From Camelus ferus (taxonomy: Eukaryota), in contig NC_045696.1 of the NCBI RefSeq assembly GCF_009834535.1, forward strand, positions 75,392,001-75,456,000: DNA of 64,000 nucleotides, written 5' to 3'. Below the pieces are notes generated by a model. That model did no database searches. It had not been told where the DNA came from and worked only from the letters and a program-made list of their open reading frames with translations. The position numbers and the translations under genes are program-made. Shown piece after piece: positions 1 through 12,808 of the stretch; position 1 is the first letter of the stretch; each line of letters begins with the position of its first letter.

Positions 1-745
1 TGCACCTATTAACATCACAATCAACAGAACATTCCAGAGTGCCCTGCAATCATAATTAATTCAGCGAGGCGATGATTTCCAAGTGGCTGAGGAGCTCTTT
101 TATGATGTGATAAAAATCCATTATGGGCATGAGGCATAAGAACGTCAGTGACTTCAGCTCCTCTCTGTGATGCCCATTTAAGGCAAAGAGCTTGAGACTG
201 TGACTAACCCTGTTCCTTTGTAAGTGCCCCCAGGATAGCGGGCACCTGTGTGGGGAGTAGCTGCAGGCCTACCTGTGAAGACTGAGCTTCGGGATGGAAA
301 CCTCACTGACCCTCTTCTCTCCTGTTCAGCCATATGCCACATGGAGACCTTGGTTTGCAGTGAACAATGCGATGGATGTGTTAACTGAAAGAGCTTCTAG
401 TATAAATCATTTCTTTTGATTTTGGAACAGATTTATGGGAACTGTTTGAGAAACAGATTTGGAACCTGACACAAAGCTGGATCTTCTGTCTTTTAGGCAT
501 ATGGAGGTTCCTTTCAATCTGGTTGATTGCTGGACTCCACTAATTCTAACAAGATTTTGACAACCCCCAGGGTGGTGGTGGGGATATGGAGATAGAGAAG
601 GGAGAAGACCATGGGAAATTTTGTTGGATCTTTTTAAGGAAGAAACAAGGAGCAGTTAACCTCATCCAGAGGGAGAAAATGGACTGTAATTTAGCTTGTG
701 TTGATGTTGTCTTATGGAGAGTAAAACAGGGTCATGATGAAGGAA

Positions 746-995
746 GGCAGTAGTGCAGAGTTAAGGAAGGAGCTTGGATTCTGGGGTAATGAAGATTTGG
801 ATTCACATCTTAATTCTTTCAGTTAACAGCAGATGTGTGGCTGCAGGAGTTTGATCATGTGATTCTAAGTTTGTTTCCTCATTTGTAAAATTATGTCTTT
901 CTGGTTACGATTGTTGTGCAACTTAGATAACATGGCTAAAGGCTAAGTGTGTAGCAAGCGTGAAATCAGTGATACTCATTCTTATTCTGCTGTTG
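746..995 (+). mobile_element. MIR SINE, degraded
   Basis: Head 'ggcagtagtgcagagttaagg', core 'gtttcctcatttgtaaaat', tail 'ttgttgtgcaacttagataac'; matches MIR consensus order. Confidence 0.75.
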
Positions 996-1549
996 TTGAG
1001 GAAAGGTTATTAAAATTGAAATAGATCATCTGCATCTGGATGCATAGGAGTGTGTGGATTTTAGAAACTTAGTTCATAAAGGGAACGTGTCCAAGATGGG
1101 AGGCTAATGCTGGAGAGATGTCAGATCTGAGTGGAGTGCAAAAGTATGTCTTGACATCTGAGGGTTCAAATCCAAGCACAAAGGAGGCAAGGACTGACAG
1201 GGGACAGGTAGTTGAGTGGAAGGTGAGTCCAGACACATTTCGGGGGCATCATTCTCCTCTGCAGTGCTGCTTTGGAAAGCCCAGGACTCTGTGCCTGAGG
1301 GTGTTTATTCTAGTGATTAAACCTAGTTCTGTGACATACACAGAGCTGCTGATCTGCTAAGTGGTAACCAGTAAAGACCAGTTATTTTCTCAGTCTTCCC
1401 AATGAAATGGAAAAGGACTGCTTGCCATCCTGTGAAAGTTTTATTGGGCTGCCACTAAGGATATGGGACAGACCTCGGGATTCTCAGAAAGGTGACATGC
1501 AGAAGTGGGGCACTCGTTGGATGACCAGGATCCATTAATCAGCTCCCAT

Positions 1550-1700
1550 AAATGACTTTGCCTCCTCAGCCTTAGTTTCTTCACATTTAAGTAGGGGATG
1601 ATAATGCCCACATGCCCAGTGTATGGATGTCATGAGGCTCACAGTCAGAGAGCTAGAATGGATGATACAGCACATCGTAAACTGTCAACTATCATGTGAG
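1550..1700 (+). mobile_element. MIR fragment
   Basis: 'ctcagccttagtttcttcacatttaagtaggggatgataatgcccac' resembles the MIR core. Confidence 0.65.
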
Positions 1701-1959
1701 GATGTGAGGAATTTTTAATGTGCCCAAACACCTCTTTTAGCTGTGATATCCATCGAAAACTTGACAGCCTCATCATACTGATGTATTGATTTGTTTCTTT
1801 TTGCAAATATATGATCACTAAGTTACAGAATAAGAAGACATCAGTAATTCAATGTATTCAAACAGCTATTTGTATTCACTGTGTCTATATTAGCTTAATA
1901 AATAACTTCATTTGTGGTGTGTTCTTGGAAATGAGAGTTGCCAACAAGTTTTCCATTAG

Positions 1960-2029
1960 AGAAGAAGGTGAAGAAGGAAATCCTTTGAGTGATACTGATG
2001 CGAGACTTTCGTATTATTCACTTCACTCT
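1960..2029 (+). other. Candidate 70-nt internal exon of an unidentified transcript
   Basis: 'ttttccattag' acceptor, purine-rich GAAGAAGGTGAAGAAGGA body, strong 'TCT|gtaagt' donor; one open frame (EEGEEGNPLSDTDARLSYYSLHS) not recognised. Confidence 0.3.
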
Positions 2030-2159
2030 GTAAGTTGGTATCTCAATCAGTATAATTCATTCATCATTCATGTATTCATTCATCTCACTTTTTAAGTGTT
2101 TTTGTATGCTTACATTCCTCTTTTATATCTGTATTTACTTATAAATAATGCCTGTATGT

Positions 2160-2822
2160 TGACAACTTCCAAATTAATTTCTTTAGATGCCACCTTTCCC
2201 TTAAATTCCAGACTCGTACATCCAGCTGCTTATAAATCCTCCCCAATTGAATGTCCAATAGCTACCTCAAATTCAACACCCCCAAGACTGAACTTAAAAT
2301 TTGCTACCATCCCCTGTGAATGTGTTCTTCCTGTTATGTTTCAATAGGTGGCTACTCTGCTTTTCCAGCTGCTCTGACCAAAAATTGGGGGTCATCCTTG
2401 ATTTCCTCCCTTCATCACACTCTACATAAATTCATCAGCAAATCCTATTGCCTCTAGTTTCACAACACATCTGGAATATGGCTACTTCCCACTATCTCCA
2501 GTGTTTCCCCACTAACTTCTTGCTCAGGCAGGTTAGGGTAATTCTCCTAATGTCTCTGCTTCTGCTGTTTTCATGCTTCCCCACTCCCACAGACCGTTCT
2601 CACCACAGCAGCCATAGTGAACTCTATGTTAAAATACAAAACAGATCATGCCCCTTTTTTGCTCTCACCCTTCCAATGACATTCCGTCTCACTCAGAGTC
2701 TAATGAAGTCCTACATGATCTACCTTATTTTCTGCCTCCCACTGTATCTCCTAATAGTCTTTCCCTTGCTTACTTTGTTCTTGCCTCAGTGGCCTTTCTG
2801 CTATTGATCAAACATGCCAGGC
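2160..2822 (+). mobile_element. L2 LINE 3' region (L2a-like)
   Basis: Hallmarks 'tccagactcgtacatccagctgc', 'catcagcaaatcctattgcctcta', 'cacagcagccatagtga', 'cagatcatgcccc', 'ctcactcagagt'. Confidence 0.88.
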
Positions 2823-2829
2823 ATATTGG

Positions 2830-3110
2830 GTGCATAAGGAGGGAGGGAGGAGGGCATCCCAGAGGGAAAAGACAGCATCTTCGAAGTCATGGTTCTCAGA
2901 GAATTGGGCATGACTGGAATTTCAGTGCCTCTGGGGGTGAGCCTCTACAAAAGATACAGGCTTAGCCGAGTAATGAATGGCCAGGTATACCATGTCCAAG
3001 AGGTTGGTCTGTATCCCAATAGGTAATGAATAGACAATAAAGAGTTTTAGGCGTAGGAGTGACATAATCAGATTTGCATTTTAGGAATTTACAGTGGAAG
3101 ATGTAAAACA
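2830..3110 (-). mobile_element. L2 LINE fragment
   Basis: 'ggagtgacataatcagatttgcattttag' is the antisense L2 hallmark. Confidence 0.7.
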
Positions 3111-3759
3111 GGAAACAGAGTGACCCTTTGGGAGGACATGGCAGTAGCTCAGGCAGGGAACTTTAGAGGCCAATATATGGCTGGGACATTGGAAACAGAT
3201 GATCAAGAGTATTATGGGCTGCAGAACATTAGACACTGTGGACATTAAGTAACCATTGGTCAAAATCAATAAAAGTTTGTTACCAGCTATTTTCTAGAGT
3301 AGGTATCAGTGGGAAAAATTCAGATCACTGACTCAAAAAAAAAAAAAACTGCTTAGAAACTAGTTTGGAAATCTTAACTTATCCAATAAAAATGCAGACT
3401 TATAAAGGACCAAATAATGTATTTTGATGCAGTATTTTCTGGCTAGACTCTATAATACACTTAACTGTGGATTTTCAAGTCATCTAGTTCGATTGCCCCT
3501 TTAGGAGGAACTGAGTCAGGTGATATATGACTTCCTATTGGTTTGCTTATTTTATTAGACACTTTTTTCATTTCTGGTACTTGTTCCCAGATGTATCACT
3601 TTCCATTTCGCACATCATAAATGTGTACATAAATATTTTAAAAGTTTCTGTTTATCCAAGTTGAATATATGCCATTTAATGGATATTAGCTCTAACTGAA
3701 AAGCACCTAAAGCACTAAACTGCTCTGGCCGTAAGCTTGGGTTACTCCAGACAGCAGCA

Positions 3760-3880
3760 GGAATAGCGTGTTCGAGCTGGCAGGGACCTTACAGCTCATC
3801 TACAACATCCCCATCCCAACCCCACCCCACTGTCCCTAATTAATTTTTCAAAAGAAATCAAATGGTGACGGGACTTGCCA
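3760..3880 (-). mobile_element. MIR3/MIRc fragment
   Basis: 'gtgttcgagctggcagggaccttacagctcatctac' resembles 'gttagagctggaagggaccttagagatcatctag'. Confidence 0.65.
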
Positions 3881-5198
3881 ACCTTATACCTTTGGTGGTC
3901 AAAACATTTGGAATATGCAAATGATGTTTTCTGAGGCCGTATTACACCAAAGGAGTCACACACAAAAGGAAAGGACTTTGCCATACATTAGAAGCCCCAG
4001 AGAGCAGGCTAACAATATAGGCCCATCTTACAGAGATTCTGACTCAGCAGAAACCCTCACTTTTCAAAAATACCTCTGGGCCATGACGCTGATATAGATG
4101 ATCTATGTACCACAGTTTGGGAGTGACTTAAACAAAACAAAATAGGCAGGCACAAACAATGAGTTTACCAAAACCTACAGACCTGCCACGATTGCAGTAT
4201 TTCCCACATCTGAGGCTGAAATATACTACACTTTAAAAAAAATTCTTTTCTACTAACATCTGGTTTTATGGAAAATACACACAAATCATACGGAAACCTG
4301 AATGGCTAATGCCAACATAACATGATAATTGCAAATCCAGCCATCCCTTTCCAGCAATTTGAGTATCAAGCTCTCCTAATTTCGATGCATCTCACATACG
4401 TATAATTCCTTAAGAGAGTCTGAGATAAACGTAAACATTAAGTGATGTCTGTGTCCTCAGTGAACATCTGCCTTAGGAAACCAGATGTGATCAGTCCTTT
4501 GGGGGAGGCAGAGGCTGATCAGCATTACCTTTGTATTCCACCTAGAACTCTTGGCTTCCCAGAGTCTGAAATAATGTGGTCAAACTATACCTTTGGAAAT
4601 GCTTTGCTTGAGGGCTGAGAGTGGGAGATCATGCATTATGTTGCCTGAACTAAATCTACAGTTACTTGTGTGATTAAGATAATTTAGACCCTCCATAAAC
4701 ATTGCCAGTAAAGGCAAAAAGCAAAAAGGAAAGTCTTCTAGGAAACAAGGTATGTTATGATGTGAGGGGGATGCACTTTCTTGGCTTTGCATAGAAATAT
4801 ACAAACTTGAATTGGGTTATTATTTAAAAAATCACATAGGACTGAGACTTAAGGAATCACATAATCCAGTAATTCTTACCAAAAAATTAGCATCAAAATC
4901 CTTTTTTAAACTATATAGAAAGCTCTGAATGAAGCTAGGACATCAGGAAAGGCTAGGCCTGATCTCAGCCTGCCGACTAGCAGACCTGATACCCTACATC
5001 AGGGCCCGAGGGCTTCACAGGAAGGCACTGTATGAGTCCATGCCTTCATGGTTGAGAGCAGTAACTATGACCAAAGAAGTCAAGGCATTTACCTATAGTG
5101 GGGAAGGGGTGGTGCCATGAAGTCCAACTCAGCACCCAGATACCAGCACTCCCCCAAGGCCAAGCTGCCACTCAGTCCTTGATAAAGACACTGCATCA

Positions 5199-5379
5199 CA
5201 GTAGATTCTCGAACAACACAGGTTTGAGCTGCAGCAGGTCCATTTATAGGTGGATTTTTTTCAATAATAAATACTTCATATCACTACAAGGTCCATGGTT
5301 GGTTGAACCTGGGAATGTGGAGGAACTGTGGATAAGGACGACTGACTATAAGTCATGTGCGAATTCTGAGGGTCAACTG
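5199..5379 (+). mobile_element. Tigger2-type (TcMar-Tigger) MITE, internally deleted
   Basis: Left end 'cagtagattctcgaacaacacaggtttgagctg...ggtccatttataggtggatttttttc', right TIR 'gagggtcaactg'; flanks CA/TG fit a decayed TA TSD. Confidence 0.85.
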
Positions 5380-6152
5380 TGTAAACTCGTGCTGGGTAGC
5401 CTCTTTGTACTCATGTCAAGGACTGGCTAAGAGCTGCTTTCTTCAATATGGATTTCTTTAGGGAAACTGGTTGAAAGCAAGGAGAGATAGGGAGTGCCAC
5501 CTCCCCCAAGGAAGGTCCAGGGACTGAGCACAGGAAACGTTTTTGGAGGAAATGGAAGTCTTAACTCCACTGTGCATACCTTGAAGCTCCCTGGGTAGTT
5601 GATGATTCTAGGAAAGGAATGAGCTCTGAATTCAATTCAAAGACAAGGGGTGTGAAACTTCACAATCAGCTCTTCATTTTGGCAGGCACATATGTATGCT
5701 GTTTCCTCCAACAAACTTTTTATTTATGTTAACCATTGCATATTGATTATATTGGGGAAGTTTGAGATTTTTCTCTTGGCAGTTTTCAGCTCGGTGGGAC
5801 TGACTGTGAGAAGATGAGAATTACTTTAAATAAAGACTTATCAGATGGTGATTCATAAGATATTGACCTCTTTTCCATTCTAGACTGCACCATTTAAAAA
5901 ATAAGTTTCCTAGACAAAATTTTGAAGTAGTTTACCTTTAGTCACAAATCTTATGTTCTTTGTCTTTTAGTGGCTCATGCAACATCATAAAACACTTTGA
6001 AGTAAAGTTAATAGACTTGCTTTTTCTTTCAATCAAATAGGGACTAGGAAATCTCCCTGTTTTAGGGAAAAAGAATGTACTAGTCCTGCTCCAAAACTGT
6101 AAGTGCAGTATGACTTTAACTTTTAAAAAGTAATTCAAATATTAGACAAAAG

Positions 6153-6398
6153 TAGGGTGGTTGAGGGCATGGGCATTGGAATTGGACTCTCTGGGTTTGT
6201 GTACTGTTTTTTACCAATTAAAAGCTGTGTGACTCTGGGCACGTTACTCAACTACTCTATGTCTTACGTTCAGCCATAGATGGGAGATAATAGTGCTTAA
6301 CTTCACAGTGTTGTTGTGAGGATTAAATAAGCTAATGAATAAATCTCTTGGTGAAGTGCCTAGTACATAGAGAGTTCTCAATAAATGTCAGCTGTTTG
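6153..6398 (+). mobile_element. MIR SINE, near full length
   Basis: 'agctgtgtgactctgggcacgttactc', 'ttgttgtgaggattaaataagctaat', 'ctcaataaatgtcagctg'. Confidence 0.88.
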
Positions 6399-7714
6399 TA
6401 GGACAATAGGGTGACCCTTTTCTTTTAATTTTCCAAAACACATTTCAATGAGATTATGCTATATGTTATGTTATGACAGAAACTACAGTTATAAATATAA
6501 AACAGAAAAAGTACCCCTTTTTGAAAATTGAAAATTTGCAATATTTGAAAATCTCCTCCTTTTCTTAAATCCATCGTCAACCAAAATGATGTTCAATTTG
6601 AGTTGAATAGTGTGTTTAAGAAGGGGAGATTGGGGGAGGGACAGATGGACAGATAAAATTGTTCCACCTGCTCTTCTTGAAAAATCCATTCTCCCTTCTT
6701 CCCTGTCAACTGACTGTCACATGACCTAGCACCGAACAAGAGAGAGGGAAGAGGAATGAGAGGAAGGATGAGAACATGCAATTTCTTGTGACCCTCTCCA
6801 GATCTCAATTGGATAACATTTCAATCTCATGCCAACACTTCCCTCTCACTGCCACTCTTTGGGGCCTGTCATTTTCAGTGTGTTGATATGCAAGCAGATT
6901 TGACTTGATCACACCTCTATGTAGGTTTAGATAAGAAGATCATTAGGAAGGTTTCTAGCTCGAAACGAACAGTTTAAACTGTTAGGACTTTCTTCAAACC
7001 TCTTTCTTTAGAGAATGGAAGAATGGAGTTCTGAATTTAGGTTGCACCTTGCCCTGCCACTTCAACCAGTTAACCAGCAGGTCCACTTATTGAACACCTT
7101 CTCTGGGCCCAGGTTATAATACTTGGACCTGACTGGGTCATGGCCCCTCCAGATGGCTTCACACAGCCCCTTTTCAGATGTGGATGGATTCTGGCAGGGC
7201 TCAGCTGAAAGAAAGCAGCGACTGAGTCCCTGGGGCGTGCGGGCTGTCTCTGAGCCATCCGGACTGTCCTTGGGGATTAGAGGCAGGGATGGTCTGTGGG
7301 GTGTGGAGGCAGTTGGTTATCCATCTGGACCCTCACAGGCTTCCGTGTTTGTGAATTTGGGTAAAAACAAGTGCACTGACAAAATTGAGTGATTTTTGAT
7401 GCTTCTAGTCAGAAATCTGGGGTCTAGAAACCTGCTCACCCGACTCAAGGGCTTGGAAGGTGAAAGCTGAACAGTTGGAATGTTGCCGTAAAAACCTGTT
7501 ACATTTGTTTCACAATGAGCTTATATCTTAAATAATTTTCTTTTCAGATAAACTTACCTTTCTTTTATTAAAGCACTTTTTTTTTTCTTTTGGCTATAGG
7601 AGATGGGTAAAAAAAAACCCAACCTAATAAGAATTTAGTGTTCAATTTGAGCCCAAAGGGGAATCACTTTATTCACATAGACTGTTTGGTCATTTAATAC
7701 TGGTGTGACCTGAG

Positions 7715-7905
7715 CAGTTACTAGCTGTTGAGCACAGTCTGTGCGCCAGGCCCTGTGCTACATGTTTTATATCCATTATCTAATAAATCACTCATGTCAG
7801 TCCTTTTGTTTTCTCTACGAGGAGCCTGAGGCTTAGAGGAGTGTAGTAATTACCTAATGTCCTCCAAGTAGTGTGATGATGCTGTGAACTGAGCCTCAGT
7901 GCCTT
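7715..7905 (-). mobile_element. MIR SINE
   Basis: 'gttgagcacagtctgtgcgccaggccctgtgctacatg', 'gagcctgaggcttagaggag'. Confidence 0.75.
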
Positions 7906-8027
7906 TAGATATGAAATGAAAGTCCTAATAGCTACCTCCCAGCGTGTTTGTCATGAATAAGTGAAGATATATACACACACACACGATATATAGATATGTA
8001 AAACAAAATGATAAATTCTAAAATTAT

Positions 8028-8053
8028 ACACACACACACACACACACACACAC
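8028..8053. repeat. (AC)13 microsatellite
   Basis: Read directly. Confidence 0.97.
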
Positions 8054-8739
8054 GCTTATGTGTGTATGCGTTTCTGGAACATAATAAACATTTAATAAAT
8101 AGCATTATTTTAACAAGGGTCCCTTTCCACAAAGACCAGTTTGCTTCTGTAGAGGAATATGTGGTGAGAAGTAAGTGAAGAAGCTTTCATTTGAGGTTTG
8201 CTAACAAACTCTGTGGGCAGAGTTCTAGTTACTTTCTGCCATTTCTCTGCTCAGAGTTTCCTGAAAATTTTTTATCTATCTCAAAAGACTCTCCTGCTTT
8301 TACCTCAGATGACGGTGGCAGGGCTTTTAACCTCTCATTCAACTTCTAGGTGGAATGAGAACCTTTTCTATCTGGGTGCTTTTCCCTGCTATGCTATGTG
8401 CTCCTTAAAGGCAGGGACTGAATCTGGTCAAGATGACTTTTTTGGCCTGGGAAGGTGCTCTGTTACCTGCCGTCTCCTAGTGGGTCAAGCAGAGTCCGTG
8501 GACACCTCGGTCAGAAAGATGACTGGAAAATGTGGTTAGCTCACTAAATTCTGTCTACTGAGGGAGAGAGCTTCTTGGAGCCCAGGGGTCCTTCTTATAC
8601 CCTCTGTTTCCTAATACTTCCTGGGGCCTTAGCCTAACCTGGGATAACTAACCTGTGCTGGAAAATTTATTAGGAGGTTATCTGTCAAAATGGTTAATGA
8701 TTTTCCCCAGTAGATAGAAAAATTTAGTACAAAACCCAA

Positions 8740-9120
8740 AGAAGTTAACACCCATACAGTATCAGTAGAGAAACAGATAAATAAACCAATGGAGCAGAAT
8801 AGGGTGCAGATCATACCCTTCATCCCAACTATTATGTTTATATGCTAAGTGTGGCATTTCAAATCAGTAAAGGAAAAGGACTGTTTTACTATACCCACTT
8901 GACAGAAAAAAGAATATTTCTCTCATAGCATCCAAAACAAATTCTGGGTAGATTAAAATTCTAAAACAAAAAATCTATATTGTCTTAGAAAAAGTATAGC
9001 AGAATAACTTTATAATCTTGACATCAAACCCTGAAACCATAAAGGAAAAGACTGGCATATTTGACTATAAAAATTAAGAACTGACACAAAATATATGTAA
9101 ATATAGAAAAAATATTCAAT
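8740..9120 (+). mobile_element. Ancient L1M ORF2 3' fragment
   Basis: 'accaatggagcagaatag', 'gtggcatttcaaatcagt', 'caaattctgggtagattaaa', 'aaaccataaaggaaaagactggcatatttgacta' follow L1 ORF2 consensus order. Confidence 0.8.
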
Positions 9121-9265
9121 AACATCTTAGGAATGGTTAACTTCTTGTGAAGGTAATGTAAAGGATATGTAATCATACATAACTTAGGCTACTAGAAAAA
9201 CATTGAAAAGAAAAATATTTAGAAAAAATGTATTTTATCTATCTTTTACCTATTTTTCTATTTTT

Positions 9266-9298
9266 TATCTATCTATCTGTCTGTCTATCTATCTATCT
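9266..9298. repeat. (TCTA/TCTG)n tetranucleotide repeat
   Basis: 'tatctatctatctgtctgtctatctatctatct'. Confidence 0.9.
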
Positions 9299-11282
9299 AA
9301 ATAGGCAAGATCTTTATCCACTTTTACCGTGTTTCACTTTTACCTTGTATCAGCCCTGCTTATTTATTCATTAGTAGAGACTGTTGATTCCATCTTTGGT
9401 TACATGGCTCTAGAATCTTCTATCCCTCCACCTTCCCCTGCCTCCCTGTCCTCTTCTGAGATAGATTATAACATAACAGACTGCCTTCAAAAACTGACTT
9501 TTAAAGACCCAAGATTTATTTTAAGCTGAAATAAAATGTTGACTAAAATAGTTCATCCTCAGACTCCCTGTTTGACCTATAACCACAATTACTATCTTTT
9601 TTTTTCCTGTCCAATGACATACCACAAAATTCTTTTTTGATTTGGATCTCTGCAGGTCTTTGCAGCTGGAAAATATTTCTAACTCCTGTTCAAGGCAGGA
9701 GAAAGTCAGGGTTGGAAGAAATGTTATAATTCATCTAGTCAAGTCCCCATTCCAAACTTGAATTTCCCCACAAAATCCCCTCTTGCTCCATTAATGTGCC
9801 CATGCCAACTACACATCCGTGTGAATGAAGCAAAGAGCAGAGAAACAGCAGGAAGGGGAGCTGTGGCTTATACCCTAAAGTCTCACTAAGTTTTATATGC
9901 TACTCTACCATACAGAAAAAAAGGTCAAAGATTGTTTTATAAAAGGCCTTACTTTCTGAATGGGACTTCTGTAAGTAATAAACTTACATGCAGTTTTGGA
10001 ACATTTATGAGAATGAATCATTCCTAAATTATCAGCTCACATTATCATATAAATGATCACTTTTGCTTTCTTTCCCAGTAGGGCTATAATCTCTAATAAA
10101 GCAGTTTATACATGTTTTAAGTGAGACAACAGTGCCCCAGAAAACTAACATTATATTGCTTTAATAATTGAAAATGCAAAATTACTCAGGCAGCTTCCAT
10201 CGGATGCCCAAATTTCTGGATCAAGTCCCTTTCAGTCCTCCCTACATCTGTAAGGAAAACAAGTCAGACTGAACTCTGAATACAGTATTATAAGAAGTGT
10301 CTGAGGCTTGGTATAGTCAAAGACCCAGATCAAACTGCTACTGATGAAATCTGCACCCAGACTCTGACTCTCTCCTCTTCCCAATCATAAAAACTCTTCC
10401 TACAAGAATTTGGGTGTCTAGAAGAGAAAATAAGTGGAAAATAATGATCCTACCTTTGATGCATGGTGGCCATGACATGGACAATTAAAAAGAAGTTCTC
10501 TAGTCTAGTGAAAAGGATGGTTAATATAATAGTTTGGACTTAAGTGATGCAGATTGGCTCTGTGGAAAAAGAAAAAAAAAAAAAAAAGGAGTGAGCCTGA
10601 GGGAGGAAAACAGACCTTCATAAATTTCATCATGCCTCACGTGGGACAAAAGAGCCACTGGAATTAGAGTTTGTTCAAGTGTATTATGATGATGCTGTCT
10701 TCAACAAGTTCTGCCAAAGTTCAAACCACAAGCACTTTTAGAGCTGATAATTGCCTGGAGAGATAATCTGCTTTCTGTTCCCTGAAAACTAAGTGAAGGA
10801 AAGAGGATCCTGTCCAGAGAGTTTTAATTTGCCCAAAAGCCTTAATCGGATGATGGATTTTCCTCTGTGGACCCCTCTCTTAGACTGTCAAGAGCCCTGC
10901 TGCTAAATCTGAAAATGTTGGCAGACAAACACTCCTTGTTAGAGGTAAGGACAGTGATGGGTGCACACAAATACAGTATATAAACACTGCCTCTGCCTCA
11001 GATGGTTTCTGTTTGTTTTTTGAGGAGGAGGGAGGGAGGTATTGAAATCTTTTGCCAGTGCAAAACAGCAGGTGTAATAATTAACTTGTCCTTTGCTCAG
11101 GAGAGTGCATTTGAGTAGCTCCGGCTTACTTGATATTAATATAATAGAAATCCGACTATTTGGTCCCAAATCAAGAAATAGGGGTTCTTTTTCAATACAA
11201 ACTTTGGTTCTTGGAGAGGGAAGGAGAGGGAGAGAACATGTGTGAGGTTGAACAGGCTCTCTCTGGTAAGATGAGTACAACT

Positions 11283-11297
11283 GTTGCCTGGGGCAAC
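11283..11297. promoter_or_regulatory. RFX X-box-like palindrome GTTGCC-N3-GGCAAC
   Basis: 'gttgcctggggcaac' fits the RFX consensus GTNRCC(N0-3)RGYAAC with perfect half sites; function untested. Confidence 0.4.
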
Positions 11298-11839
11298 CTC
11301 GCCCACTAAGCCTCACCAACTGATCTTAGCCTATAAATGTAATCATCCTTTACTACTCAAACCTTGGGCCAATTTATCACTCTTGTTCAGGGATTTTCGT
11401 AGTGAACAGTGGACTACTCTGGAGCCACTAAACTTATCTGCTGGCTGGGATGTAACAACCATGAGCTTACTCCTTTCATCACCTTCTTGAAGCAGAGGTG
11501 TTAACCCCATCAGCCAGGACAGCCTCTTGGCTAGCTGCCTTTTTCCTTCTGTATATCTCCTTTGTTAGTTCCCTTGTAGAAGCTGGACATGACAGAAGAT
11601 CACAAAAATAACACTGTTTCTGTTTAAATAAATGATTTTGACCCAGGTTTTCCTGGCTGCTGAGAGCAGGTGGTTTAGTCTAGAGCCTCACAGCCTACTC
11701 TTCTCCTGCTATTGTATCACTTTTAGGCCATGAGACCAGATAATTATAATACTGTGGAGTGCAGTGACTAGCCTGCTTGGGAACTCAAAGAAAGGAACCA
11801 CTGTCTCTGCCTAGTTTCTTCCTATTTTGGTTTCAGGGT

Positions 11840-12040
11840 TTTCTGAGTGCTTTTATGTGCATTATCTCATTTGTTACTCAAAATAGCCCTGTGAAGAGAG
11901 TAGAGTAGGTGTTATTCCCACTCTTATTAATGATAGTTCTGAGGTTCGGAAAGGTTAAGGAACTTTCCAGGATCACACAGCAAGTAAATTTTAGGTTTGG
12001 GAAGGAAATTTATCTTCTGCTGCCAAATTCTATTCTCTTG
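11840..12040 (-). mobile_element. MIR SINE
   Basis: 'gtgcttttatgtgcattatctcattt', 'ctgaggttcggaaaggttaaggaactttccaggatcacacagcaagtaa'. Confidence 0.82.
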
Positions 12041-12707
12041 AGGTCATCATGGTGAAAGATCTAATCAAAGGCAAATCATTATTGTTCTAACGTTTTGTGA
12101 CTCAGTCATATTTGAAAATAATAGTTCAAATTTCTGAACTGAGTCTTTATAATCACAGAATACTATCTTAACTACTGAATTAAATAATATTTTTGATAAA
12201 TTCTCAGTCAAAAAGAGACTGAAACCTACCATTATTGAGTTTCCTTTTTATATTTGTATAACTTAATTCTGGTTTAGATGAGAAAATAAGATTTAGCCAA
12301 TGATTAGTATAGGATTAGCCAAATATTATAATGTAATTGCTTTCATTACTTTGTGAAAAGCATATAGCAGATGGATCATATATTAAACAGTCAGTTATCC
12401 TGTAAGTACAACAGCAATTTTTATAATAACTTTTTAAATTTCTGAAACTTTCATTTTAATATGTATTAATAACCCTAAGGCAGACATTTCATCCATCAAG
12501 TAAAGATGTGTACTTTAAGATTGTTCACTTAAAAGTTCTAAATCATACATTATATTGAACTCAAAGTACATTATTTCTCTTTCCTTCTATAATCAGTTGT
12601 ACTTATGGAAAATTGTTCCATCTTAAAAGAAGACTAAGATCATTAAGTTCTTATTTTGTGTCCCAAATTTTCTATACACCAATCTCTCTTTTAATCATAA
12701 ATTCTAC

Positions 12708-12808
12708 CACTGAGAAGCTGAGTTTCAGAAAAGTTAAATAACTTGCTTATGGCCAGTGAGCCATTTAGTGATGAAAATAATACTTAATCCAGGTCTTTCT
12801 CTGCACCA
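12708..12808 (-). mobile_element. MIR core fragment
   Basis: 'gaagctgagtttcagaaaagttaaataacttgctt'. Confidence 0.65.

Noticed and set aside
6407-6530. TAGGGTGACC, the terminal motif of hAT-Blackjack elements (MER81/MER94)
   Set aside because: Only one end is visible and I cannot align the interior convincingly.
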